This document shows, in pieces, positions 46,782 to 55,491 of a stretch of 64,000 nt of DNA (the stretch's first letter is position 1; the number at the start of each line of letters is the position of its first letter). Origin of the DNA: an uncultured bacterium (GTDB lineage: Bacteria > Patescibacteriota > Minisyncoccia > Phycocordibacterales > PALSA-1337); contig CAWKMY010000005.1 in the NCBI GenBank assembly GCA_963851055.1, positions 12,716 through 76,715 on the forward strand, given 5' to 3'. The position numbers and the translations under genes were made by a program. Below the pieces are notes generated by a model. That model made no database searches and was not told the origin of the DNA. It saw nothing but the letters and a program-made list of their open reading frames with translations.

Positions 46782-46875
46782 TTTTCCTCCAATGGTTGAA
46801 TTAATTGTTGCGTTCCGCTATTAGTTGCCGGAACGATACTACTGACTACTCTTCACTGCTTTTAAGTCAGGCTAC

Positions 46876-46904
46876 ATCATAGCACACTCATCACCCCATG
46901 TCAA
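46876..46904 (-). promoter_or_regulatory. near-consensus sigma70-type promoter
   Basis: On the minus strand: TTGACA (46899-46904), 17 nt, TATGAT (46876-46881). The spacer ..GGGGTGATGAGTGTGC resembles the spacer of the promoter at 41566-41596. Confidence 0.55.
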
Positions 46905-46974
46905 TACCACATCACGCATTCAGAAAACCCGCAAGGCGCGCGACGAAAAAGGCCTTATCAGAGCCATATTCTGG

Positions 46975-47000
46975 CACGAAAAAACCGCCTCGTGGCGGTT
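46975..47000 (-). terminator. rho-independent terminator just downstream of the 16S processing stem
   Basis: The minus strand reads AACCGCC-ACGA-GGCGGTT followed by TTTTCG (continuous U-run counting the stem's terminal TT). Confidence 0.65.
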
Positions 47001-47009
47001 CTTTCTTTT

Positions 47010-47035
47010 AGCGCTCTTTATTTTGTTCCGTTCAC
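47010..47035 (-). other. 3' strand of the pre-16S processing stem (pairs with 49636-49661)
   Basis: agcgctctttattttgttccgttcac is complementary, with about 2 mismatches, to gtgaacggaacaaaatagaaagcgct at 49636-49661. Confidence 0.75.
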
Positions 47036-47318
47036 CCATGAGCATTCATCGATGATATGCCCATGTGTGCCGGGAATCTTCCCCGGCTAAGTGCTCCCAT
47101 ATGATGGTTGAAGAGCCATTACCCATGCTCTAGAGAGCATATCGACATTTCAGTTAGTGACCCACGAGGGATCAAAAACGTTGTTTCACTTGAAATATTC
47201 CACGAGCAGCTTCCGCTACCCGTGCCTTGTTACGACTTACCCCCTGTCATCGAATTTGCCGTAGGCCCGCATAAAGCGAGACTTCGGGCACCTCCGACTC
47301 CCTTGGGTTGACGGGCGG

Positions 47319-48197
47319 ATTGCGATAACTATTTGTTTCGCGTTCCCCTCCGATGTATATCGGAGCCATACCGCTTCCCATCATTTCACGGCTTTGGACG
47401 TAGCGAGCGGATTTCCCGCACTACGCGAGTCCACAGTTCGTTGATTCATTTTACCTTTCAATTCCTTAATCTTTGATACCCCCTCTAGCGTCAGATGTTT
47501 GCCCTCTGCAACTATTTTCGATACTTGCGAAAAGAGTTTGAAGTTTTTCATCTTCGAAACTGACTGGAGTGGATGCTCTTGGAAGAAAGGAACTATTTTG
47601 TTCAATATATCCCTATGGGATGATACTGTGTAACGATAGCATTGAACGTGGTTACGTCTCTTTTCATTTTGAAAATAGACCGCTCCACATTCTAAGGTGT
47701 CTCTAACTTTCAGAAGAAGCGCTCTGTCGGCTTCTTGCATTTTGATGTGAAAGTGAAGATGAACACCGCTACCTGTACGGTACGATGATGACTTATTGAT
47801 GAGGACGTAAAAACATCCTTCCCCATCCGTAAGTCCAACAATATAATCGGCTGATACCGATTGTGGTTTTGTCCTTCCCATACGATTAATTATAACAAAT
47901 TAAGTTGACGCATGGTACTATGACGCAGCTGACTTCTCACATATCATACTGATATATGAGATCTCCTTGGGTCATTTGTCATTCTATTCCGGCCATCCTG
48001 ATCGAGCTTTCAATGATACTTCCTCATAACTCACCGTATGAGTCGTATCGCTCTTATGTGATTAGGCTGGCTTTTGCTACTAAGATCCTTCACCCATTCC
48101 CTTGCGGTAAATGGATTATCTTTTTGCTATTCCGATATTATCGGAACGTGGACTTTAACCACGTAGACCTTGACAAACTGCCAAGCGCATTTGATTC
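47319..48197 (-). mobile_element. intervening sequence (homing-endonuclease-bearing intron/IVS) in the 16S rRNA at about E. coli position 1398/1399; junctions +/-5 nt
   Basis: The conserved string ..CTTGTACTCA (ending 48198) is separated from CCGCCCGTCA (starting 47318) by 879 nt. That interval contains a LAGLIDADG ORF. Confidence 0.8.
47381..47881 (-). CDS. LAGLIDADG-family homing endonuclease (single-motif type)
   Basis: 166 aa. ADYIVGLTDGEGCFYVLI is a LAGLIDADG motif. The size fits a homodimeric I-CreI-like enzyme. Confidence 0.85.
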   Translation of the reverse strand: MGRTKPQSVSADYIVGLTDGEGCFYVLINKSSSYRTGSGVHLHFHIKMQEADRALLLKVRDTLECGAVYFQNEKRRNHVQCYRYTVSSHRDILNKIVPFFQEHPLQSVSKMKNFKLFSQVSKIVAEGKHLTLEGVSKIKELKGKMNQRTVDSRSAGNPLATSKAVK

Positions 48198-48432
48198 TGA
48201 GTACAAGACTTGAGAACGTATTCACCGCAGTATAGCTGACCTGCGATTACTAGCGATTCCGGCTTCATGAGGTCGAGTTGCAGACCTCAATCCGAACTGG
48301 CGCGCGGTTTCTAATGGTTTGCTCCGTCTTACGACATTGCGTCACGTTGTCCGCGCGATTGTAACACGTGTGTAGCCCAAGGCGTCAAAGGGCCATGCTG
48401 ACTTGGCGTCATCCCCACCTTCCTCCCAGCTT

Positions 48433-48530
48433 GGAAGAGAGGAGTAAGGAGTAGGAAGCAGGGAGAAAGGAGAATCGCATTTGCGATCTCTCCTTACTCC
48501 TTACTCCTTACTCCCTGCTCCCACCCTCTA
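48433..48530 (-). repeat. 98-nt hairpin expansion of 16S helix 40 built from heptamer repeats
   Basis: It is flanked by cccagctt (48425-48432) and aagctggg (48531-48538). Arms: ggagtaa ggagtag gaagcag ggagaaa ggagaat and ctcctta x3 ctccctg ctccc. The centre is cgcatttgcg. Confidence 0.8.
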
Positions 48531-49635
48531 AGCTGGGCGGTCTCGTCTGATACTTGTAACAGACAACAGGGGTTGCGTTCGTTACCCCACTGAAGGGAAC
48601 AGCTCAAGCCACGAACTGACGACAGCCATGCAGCACCTGTCCAGCCGCCTTTCGGCGACCCTAGTTTCCTAGGATCTTCGTCTGGATGTCTAGCCTTGGT
48701 AAGGTTCTTCGTTTATCGTCGAATTGAACCACATGTTCCACCGCTTGTGCAAGTCCCCGTCTATTTCTTTGAGTTTCAACCTTGCGGTCGTACTACCCAG
48801 GCGGATCTCTTAACGCGTTAGCTAAGCCTCGAGGAGGGTCGATACTCCTCAAAGCGAGAGATCATCGTTTAGGGCGTGGACTACTGGGGTATCTAATCCC
48901 ATTCGCGACCCACGCTTTCGTGCTTCAGCGTCAGATTTGGACCAGTTTGCTGCCTTCGCTTTTGGTGTTCCCCATGATATCAACGCATTTCACCGCTACA
49001 CCATGAGTTCCGCAAACCCCTTCCAACCTCTAAGTCCTGCCGTTTCCCACGCAGCTTCCCGGTTGAGCCGAGAAATTTAACGCGAGACTAACAGAACAGC
49101 CTACGCACCCTTTACGCCCAATAATTCCGGATAACGCTCGAGGCACTCGTATTACCGCTGCTGCTGGCACGAGTTTAGCAACCTCTTATTCTCCAGGTAC
49201 AATCAATAGACTTTTTCCCTGGCAAAAGGAGTTTACATGCCGAAGCACTTCATCCTCCACGCGGCGTCGCTCGATCAGACTTTCGTCCATTGTCGAATAT
49301 TCTCGTCTGCAGCCACCCGTAGGTGTATGGACCGTATCTCAGTTCCATCGGTGGGGGTCACCCTCTCAGGTCCCCTAGGCGTCATAGCCTTGGTAAGCCG
49401 TTACCTTACCAACTAGCTGATACCGATCAAGCCGCTCATAGGGCGAAAAAACTTTACTCTTGCGAGACTATCGGGAATTACCTACCCTTTCGGATAGCTA
49501 TGCCCGACCCTAAGATGCGTACTTGATTATTACTACCTCGTCTGCCGGTTGCTCCTTGCGGAGCCCCCTTGACTTGCATGACTTATCCACGCCGCCAGCG
49601 TTCATCCTGAGCTAGAATCAAACTCTTAACTATAA

Positions 49636-49661
49636 GTGAACGGAACAAAATAGAAAGCGCT
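49636..49661 (-). other. 5' strand of the pre-16S processing stem
   Basis: See 47010-47035. It ends about 3 nt upstream of the inferred 16S 5' end at about 49633 (10 nt upstream of AGAGTTTG). Confidence 0.75.
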
Positions 49662-49688
49662 AACTTTGTATATTGTATTTCACTGTCG

Positions 49689-49717
49689 ATTCTAGCTCAC
49701 TTGGAATTATCGTTCAA
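49689..49717 (-). promoter_or_regulatory. putative 16S rRNA promoter
   Basis: On the minus strand: TTGAAC (49712-49717), 17 nt, TAGAAT (49689-49694). It lies about 25 nt upstream of the processing stem. Confidence 0.5.
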
Positions 49718-49966
49718 AAAATTGATTTCGAACTTGCACTATTCTCAATATATTTCGATTTCAAAGACCCCGCCCCGTTCAACAAGGCGTTTATAGCTTG
49801 TTATGGGACGTAGGAGCTATCTTACAGGAGCCTCATAGGAAGTCAAGCCCGACTTGCCGGCAAACAAAGGAGTGGGAATGTTTAAAAGGTGTTGAAATAT
49901 GGGGGTTTTGAGGGGTTGACATTACACTGGATGTGGAGTAGTTTTTGACACGGAGTTTACTTAATT

Positions 49967-50329
49967 ATGAACCATTACATATCTGCGCAAGTGGTGGGCA
50001 TCCGCGGCCAAAGGCGGATACCACAAAACATCATGGACAAGATCGTCCATGCAATCGGAGACATGTTCCACGTCTGGGAACAAGGTCTGATCAGAAACGG
50101 AAGCGAGGGCGTCTTCATCCAATACAAAGGCGTCCAGGCGACAGTAAAGACCCGCTTCCATTTCAGCATGAAGAAACATGGCTTCCTCTTCCACATCAGT
50201 GTGCGCGTGCGCGACAACATACGCCGCATCGCCGGATACCCCGCCAAGATAACGGTGGACATTATGAAAGCCACCCTCGTGATCAAACCGGTCATGAAAC
50301 CGGTCTTTAACTGGTTGCAACTCAATTGA
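49967..50329 (+). CDS. hypothetical protein
   Basis: 120-aa ORF. A candidate promoter TTGACA-17-TAGTTT lies at 49916-49944. Opposite-strand ORFs overlap in this GC-rich stretch, so the strand choice is tentative. Confidence 0.4.
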   Translation: MNHYISAQVVGIRGQRRIPQNIMDKIVHAIGDMFHVWEQGLIRNGSEGVFIQYKGVQATVKTRFHFSMKKHGFLFHISVRVRDNIRRIAGYPAKITVDIMKATLVIKPVMKPVFNWLQLN

Positions 50330-50390
50330 GGAGGCAAGATGAGCGACATACATTGCTTCTTTCGAGTCGGGACCTCCGCCGGACGATGAT

Positions 50391-50696
50391 TTGCGCAAGA
50401 CTCTCCTAGTCGTCGCCCAGATCATGATAGAGAACGAAAGGTCAGAACTCGACTTCGATCATGCTAAAGGCCGATTCACCGGCTCTATCAGCACCGATTT
50501 CAAGCCAGGACGGGTAGAGACATACCAAGGAACCATATTCCGAGCTGAGATCCAATACACAGCTGGCGGAAAAACTGAACTTTTATTCCTGGTAGGTCAA
50601 TATCCTGAATGGCCGGATTATGTCGAGATGGTAGAGATCGTTCAACCGCAAACATTCGAACCGGGAGGAGATCCCGAGACGAACAAGTGGAATTAA
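50391..50696 (+). CDS. hypothetical protein (true start unclear)
   Basis: 101-aa ORF. A strong GAGGAGG plus ATG at 50339 is 1 nt out of frame with it. The ORF frame is open from 50341 (ATYIASFESGPPPDDDLRKTLL..). A terminator follows. Confidence 0.4.
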   Translation: MRKTLLVVAQIMIENERSELDFDHAKGRFTGSISTDFKPGRVETYQGTIFRAEIQYTAGGKTELLFLVGQYPEWPDYVEMVEIVQPQTFEPGGDPETNKWN

Positions 50697-50708
50697 TCAT
50701 CACACAAA

Positions 50709-50737
50709 GCGTTGGATATTTCGTCCGGCGTTTTTTT
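50709..50737 (+). terminator. rho-independent terminator
   Basis: The stem gcgttgga / tccggcg (with G-U pairs) is followed by T7 (50731-50737). Confidence 0.5.
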
Positions 50738-50781
50738 ATTTCCCATTCGCTTAAAAGCTCTGAAAATGCTAACTTCTATAT

Positions 50782-51591
50782 ATGTTCAAACCTCGCCGAC
50801 TAAGCGGCCATCAAAATAAGCGCTCGACCAATAGGCCTGCCAAAAGTCCGGTCAAGCCGGTCGTGAAAGGCCCATCCCCTATCCCGAAGAAAGATCCTGA
50901 CTCATTCCCCATGCGCATCAATAAATATCTAGCAATGAAAGGCTATTCGACGCGTCGCGGAGCCGATGAGCTCATAGCCAAGAAGGTAGTCACTGTGAAT
51001 GGTCGTCCGGCCCAGTTAGGCGACAAAGTCAATGAGACCGATGTTGTAGAAGTGCGCAAGAATAAGAAGGCCGACGAATACGTCTACTATGCCTGCTACA
51101 AACCTGCCGGCATCACTCTTCTCGACACCAGGAAAGGCCAGGAAGGATTTGCCAACACATTGCCACTAAAGGGCGTATTCCCTATCGGAAGTCTAGACCG
51201 CGACGCGGCAGGGCTCATCATTTTCACAAATGATAGACGCATCATAGACCGTCTTGAAAATCCGGCTCATGCTCATCCGAAGACTTATTTGATAGAGGTG
51301 CGAGAGCCGTTCAGAAATAATTTCAAGGAAAAATTGGAGGCTGGTGTATCTATAGAAGGTGAACCGGCTATTCCCTGTCGTGTCGCTTTCAAAGGTCAAA
51401 ACGCCGCTCTAATAACTATCACTGATTCAAAGAATAGAATCCGCCAGATCTGCTCCATGTTCGGCGCAAATGTAGAGAAGCTTATGCGCACAGAGATTTT
51501 GAATATAAAGCTTGGCAAGCTCAATCCGAACGGCCACAGAAAAATAGAAGGCGAGGAATTGGGTATCTTTTTGAAAAGTCTCGGTTTATAA
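50782..51591 (+). CDS. RsuA/RluB-family pseudouridine synthase with an S4 domain
   Basis: MRINKYLAMKGYSTRRGADELI is the S4 domain, and the catalytic motif is GSLDRDAAGLIIFTND. The basic N-terminal extension may or may not be translated; an alternative start is Met44. Confidence 0.85.
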   Translation: MFKPRRLSGHQNKRSTNRPAKSPVKPVVKGPSPIPKKDPDSFPMRINKYLAMKGYSTRRGADELIAKKVVTVNGRPAQLGDKVNETDVVEVRKNKKADEYVYYACYKPAGITLLDTRKGQEGFANTLPLKGVFPIGSLDRDAAGLIIFTNDRRIIDRLENPAHAHPKTYLIEVREPFRNNFKEKLEAGVSIEGEPAIPCRVAFKGQNAALITITDSKNRIRQICSMFGANVEKLMRTEILNIKLGKLNPNGHRKIEGEELGIFLKSLGL

Positions 51592-51609
51592 TCATTAGAA
51601 CCGCGAAAA

Positions 51610-51990
51610 TTATTTTAAGTTCCTTAGAGCCTTCCTTAGTTTTTTCCATTCGGGAATAGTCTCCGCGACCAATGCCCAAAAATCCCGACCGTGGTTGAAC
51701 TCCTTTATATGGCATATCTCATGGACGATGACGTAGTCACGCATTTCCGGCGTGAGGAAAACTAGTTTGTAATTGAAATTGAGATTCCCCTTCTTCGAGC
51801 AACTACCCCATCGACTCTTCTGATTGCGGATAGCGATCTTGCCAACAGATATGCCATGACGCACACCATAATGGGCCATAAAATATTTGACTCGTTCATG
51901 AACCAATGCGCGAGCTACTTCTTTGTTCGCCGCATAAAGTTTACGGCTCCGAGTTTGGAAAAGGGGCCTCACTAGACGGAATAATCTCAT
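51610..51990 (-). CDS. YgjP-like (DUF45/M48-type) metallopeptidase-fold protein, short form
   Basis: QKSRWGSCSKKGNLNFNYKLVFLTPEMRDYVIVHEICHIKEFNHGRDFW contains HExxH. Confidence 0.75.
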   Translation of the reverse strand: MRLFRLVRPLFQTRSRKLYAANKEVARALVHERVKYFMAHYGVRHGISVGKIAIRNQKSRWGSCSKKGNLNFNYKLVFLTPEMRDYVIVHEICHIKEFNHGRDFWALVAETIPEWKKLRKALRNLK

Positions 51991-52244
51991 CCGGCTATGA
52001 TAGCAAGTTTCTCTTCCTTAGTGAGTCTTTTCAACTCCGCTTCCCTAGCACGAGCTCGTGCCAAAGTGCGAAATCTTTCTTTGTATACGAGGACAACTGG
52101 TCTACGGATCTTCGTGTAATGCGCTCCATTCTTGGCGTAGTTGTGCTGGTGTAGGCGTTTTTCTAGATTATTAGTGCAACCGACATATAAGGTATCGTCA
52201 GCACATTTCAATATGTAGGTGGTGTGCATATACCAATTATACAC
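51987..52244 (-). CDS. GIY-YIG nuclease-family protein
   Basis: YILKCADDTLYVGCTNNLEKRLHQHN. Its stop overlaps the downstream gene by 4 nt. Confidence 0.8.
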   Translation of the reverse strand: MYNWYMHTTYILKCADDTLYVGCTNNLEKRLHQHNYAKNGAHYTKIRRPVVLVYKERFRTLARARAREAELKRLTKEEKLAIIAG

Positions 52245-52372
52245 ATGTAAATAAGCAATAAATGTGACTTGCTTTTCTTAAACAAAGGACTAGGATGTGG
52301 TTAGAACCTTGACAAATCGAGGATTCAGCGTGATATATCGTCACGCACCAAAACAAAAACAACAGGAACAAT

Positions 52373-53533
52373 ATGATACAAGGTGTTGAAATCGCTCATT
52401 TGAACGCCGCTTTGACGGCGGGCCTCCGTGCTTACTATGACTTCAGGCACTCAACGGTTGAGGACGCTTTGCGCCCTATCGGCCGATACGGCAAGAAGGA
52501 CACACTGGGCATGGACGCTGGACCGGAAATCACCATATGCGAAGCACTCGGACGTTACGATCACGGTGCAGTGGTGATAACCGAGGAAGTTGGATCAAAA
52601 GGAATGATCGTGAATGATTCGTTTCGACCAAATGATCCTCAATCGTTCCGAACGGTATTCATCAGCGACCCGACTGATCGTTCAAACCAACTTAAAAAAT
52701 TCCTTACCGGGTTTTCCAGGAACAAGCTGATCGGTGAAATCATCGGAACTCCCGGTGCATTGGCACAGTGGGAAAAGAAATTCGGTAATCCAGCTTCGAT
52801 CTCCGGAGCAAATTCAGCTATCAGCTGTATCCGCCGAGGAAAGCCTATATTCGCAGTGATCATTAATTACATCACCAGCCAATTATTCGTGTCTTGCGCC
52901 GCCGGCAACAGAATGCTGACGTTGCCAGAAAAACATATGGATGGCATAGACTTTTCCTATGTTCAGAACAACGGTGAAATCATCTCATTCCCTGGCATCT
53001 CCAACGAACCAAAAAGTATGCGCCGATTCGTGACATTCCTGGGTGATACCGGCAAGATCGGATACAAGGAAAACTTTACCGATAGCGGACTCATGAACGT
53101 GAAAGACGCCAAAACATTTCTCCATTATGGAGTCCCTGGCGGACCAACACGTGCCTTATATCTGTCTGCTCTACAATCGAGAGACAAGCCAGTAGGATTT
53201 GTCCTGGCCAATGGCGAGAAAATCGGCGAGTGGGTTCACTGGCTATCATTCGTGCGATTCGCCAAGAGCCGCAATGATGAAAGTCAGCCTGCTCTGCATC
53301 TCTACGAAGTATTCCAGGACCGCCCGTGGACCAAGGAAGGCGTGCTCATGTCTACACCGCCGAATTACAGCGTCTTCCGTGAATACGATGAACAAATGTA
53401 TGTGGATACCAGTTGGCTTCTGCGTATGCCAAATCCTAGCCAATTACGGGCGACCCTGATCGTCGGTCCTCATGACAACCGCTGGGCTATGCGGACTGGT
53501 AGCCAATCACGTTATCGCAGGATTCAATTCTAA
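52373..53533 (+). CDS. hypothetical protein with weak inositol-monophosphatase/FBPase-like motifs
   Basis: 386 aa. VVITEEVG and VFISDPTDRSNQL loosely resemble the EE and DPxDG/S-T metal-site motifs. Confidence 0.4.
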   Translation: MIQGVEIAHLNAALTAGLRAYYDFRHSTVEDALRPIGRYGKKDTLGMDAGPEITICEALGRYDHGAVVITEEVGSKGMIVNDSFRPNDPQSFRTVFISDPTDRSNQLKKFLTGFSRNKLIGEIIGTPGALAQWEKKFGNPASISGANSAISCIRRGKPIFAVIINYITSQLFVSCAAGNRMLTLPEKHMDGIDFSYVQNNGEIISFPGISNEPKSMRRFVTFLGDTGKIGYKENFTDSGLMNVKDAKTFLHYGVPGGPTRALYLSALQSRDKPVGFVLANGEKIGEWVHWLSFVRFAKSRNDESQPALHLYEVFQDRPWTKEGVLMSTPPNYSVFREYDEQMYVDTSWLLRMPNPSQLRATLIVGPHDNRWAMRTGSQSRYRRIQF

Positions 53534-53582
53534 ACTGCAGATAACAACAACGCCGCGAGCTTCGAGCTTGCGGCGGTTTTTA

Positions 53583-54911
53583 TTACCTCACCACCCCCAA
53601 ATATATGATATTGAAAGGTCTGCCTTCCCTCTTTTTATGAGCCTTCAAAGCTTTGAGACTAGAGCCGAGAAAGACGGCGCCACTGCCGAATTTTCTGGCC
53701 AAAAGGTCGACGGCTTGATGAATGATCTCGGAACTCTTATGTCTCTTCGGCACGTCGAATAAAGTCTGCGAAATACTTTGAGGAGAGACCAAGCCACCTA
53801 AGGATATGCCGGCGGCGCGAAATAGGACGCCGCGGCCGCTATTTCCCAAGCCACCATCGTCGCCACTATTTCCAATCACTTGCCACCAAAGTTTGTCGAA
53901 CTCCGGCTGTATAGCCCGAAGGACATCATTCGGCGCGGCGCTTGGATCTGGTAGAACCGCTTCGCCACGAATGTATTGGAAGCTTTGGGTCTTCAAAAAG
54001 AAACTTGCTCTGGAAGCCGACATGCCCTTCGATCGCAATCGACCACAAGCGTCCTCGGCATGATATGAGATTTGCGACCAGAGGAAAGACTTGCCGGAGG
54101 GATCTGCGCCAACTGGCGGATAGAAAGTGCGAGTACGCTGGACTGATGCAGGATCATGACCTTCAACCGCTAATTCTTTGACAAAATTTCCTTGGAACTC
54201 CTCGTAGATCTCGGCCAATGGTTTATCGCAATGTAGAGCCACCCAAGCGCGGTCCTTGTTGGCGAGGTCGAGAGCAGTGCTGATGCCCAGCTTGCGCAAC
54301 TTTATAGTGGTGGCCGTGCCAATCCCCCAGACCTTGCCTATGGGCAGATCTTTGAGAAATTCGGGAATGGCTCCGCGTGGCATGACTATCAGACCTGCCG
54401 GCTTCTTCCATTTGGAGGCGGCTTTGGCAGTGACTTTATTCACAGCTAGACCGACGGAAAACGTCACACCCAGAGAAGCGTGCAATTCCGCCTGTATGGC
54501 TCTGGCTATTTCTTCGTATGAAATGGCTTTATCAGATCCGGCCGCACCTGCTGAAAGTCCAGTTATGTCCGCGAAGCATTCGTCTATGGAATACTCCTCG
54601 ACCAGATCCGTGTAGCGCCTGACGATGGAGTACATGCGCTCGGCGTATTGGGCGTACATCAGATAGTCTGATGGCAATATGACCACTTCAGGAAAGTTCC
54701 GGCGTATGCCTCTGGTGCGCATGCCACGAACCAAGCCGAGAGCTTTGGCTTTTTGGTTGAGTGCTGTAGCTATACCTCGCTCTTCACCCGTGACCACTGC
54801 CCTATCTTTCAGCCAGGGTTTGCGCGTCAATTCGCATGAGACGAAAAATGCATCGCCGTCAACGTGAAGTATTGCTCTAGGAAAATCTTTGTCGTCCATA
54901 CTCTTTGCCAT
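53583..54911 (-). CDS. dinB: Y-family DNA polymerase IV
   Basis: 442 aa. Landmarks: ILHVDGDAFFVSCE, YSIDECFADITG and PIGKVWGIGTAT. Confidence 0.9.
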   Translation of the reverse strand: MAKSMDDKDFPRAILHVDGDAFFVSCELTRKPWLKDRAVVTGEERGIATALNQKAKALGLVRGMRTRGIRRNFPEVVILPSDYLMYAQYAERMYSIVRRYTDLVEEYSIDECFADITGLSAGAAGSDKAISYEEIARAIQAELHASLGVTFSVGLAVNKVTAKAASKWKKPAGLIVMPRGAIPEFLKDLPIGKVWGIGTATTIKLRKLGISTALDLANKDRAWVALHCDKPLAEIYEEFQGNFVKELAVEGHDPASVQRTRTFYPPVGADPSGKSFLWSQISYHAEDACGRLRSKGMSASRASFFLKTQSFQYIRGEAVLPDPSAAPNDVLRAIQPEFDKLWWQVIGNSGDDGGLGNSGRGVLFRAAGISLGGLVSPQSISQTLFDVPKRHKSSEIIHQAVDLLARKFGSGAVFLGSSLKALKAHKKREGRPFNIIYLGVVR

Positions 54912-54936
54912 GGAGACATTATAGGTGAACGTGAGT

Positions 54937-55491
54937 TCACTGGGTAGGGGTTATTTTTGAACTTGCAAGGATTCCTTGCGAGTTGCCACTCGGTTCCAGT
55001 TCTTCAGTCAACTTAAGAGTAATCTTTCCTCTAAGCTTCCCACTAAGACTCTTCGACTCTAGAAATGCGATAGTTTTATATAGACCAACCAATTTTTCTG
55101 GTGATCCTTCGAGACGAGGTTTGTTCAGAGCGTATCCTTCGACAAGATAGTTGCGCAGTATATTTGTGGCCCAAATACGGAATTGTGTGGCCTTTTTGGA
55201 ATTGACACGATAACCAACGGCTATGATGGCATTTAGATTGTAAAAATTCGCATCCCGTTTTACTTTGCGACCACCTTCGTCTTGAACTATCCGGAATTTC
55301 CGGATAGTTGAGGTTTCATCTAATTCTTTGGTATTAAATATATTCTTGAGGTGTTCATTGACAGTGCGCGTATCTACTTCGAACAATTGAGCCATTTGAG
55401 CTTGTGTAGCCCAGACTGTATCTTTCTCTATATCTGCACGCAATTCTACATTACCATTCTTGTCCTCAAATATAACGATGTTTTCTTTCAT
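54937..55491 (-). CDS. RhuM-family protein (shorter than usual)
   Basis: VWATQAQMAQLFEVDTRTVNEHLKNIF..IRKFRIVQDEGGRKVKRDANFYNLNAIIAVGYRVNSKKATQFRIWAT. Confidence 0.75.
   Translation of the reverse strand: MKENIVIFEDKNGNVELRADIEKDTVWATQAQMAQLFEVDTRTVNEHLKNIFNTKELDETSTIRKFRIVQDEGGRKVKRDANFYNLNAIIAVGYRVNSKKATQFRIWATNILRNYLVEGYALNKPRLEGSPEKLVGLYKTIAFLESKSLSGKLRGKITLKLTEELEPSGNSQGILASSKITPTQ

Larger units (their letters stand above)
47187..49633 (-). rRNA. rrs: 16S ribosomal RNA, interrupted by an approximately 879-nt insertion and a 98-nt helix-40 expansion; the 3' boundary is uncertain (47160-47200)
   Basis: The minus strand carries these landmarks in order. AGAGTTTGATTCTAGCTCAG (5' end about 49633). 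GTGCCAGCAGCAGCGGTAATAC. GGATTAGATACCCCAGTAGTCC. GGAGGAAGGTGGGGATGACGCCAAGTC. GAATACGTTCTCAAGTCTTGTAC. CCGCCCGTCA. AAGTCGTAACAAGG. Helix 45 CGGGTAGC-GGAA-GCTGCTCG. Confidence 0.93.

Noticed and set aside
46412-47010. 23S rRNA or a 16S-23S spacer directly downstream of the 16S gene.
   Set aside because: A terminator, a separate strong promoter and a protein-coding ORF follow the 16S gene. No 23S-like conserved strings are visible.
47108-49526. Track ORFs 47108..47311, 47956..48213, 48782..49006 and 49323..49526.
   Set aside because: All lie inside the 16S rRNA gene or its intervening sequence on the opposite strand. The conserved rRNA strings explain the sequence.
49961-50425. Minus-strand ORFs 49961..50425 (154 aa) and 49975..50349 (124 aa).
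   Set aside because: They overlap the + strand ORF almost completely in a GC-rich stretch where long spurious ORFs are expected. Promoter, SD and terminator signals favour the + strand, although this remains tentative.
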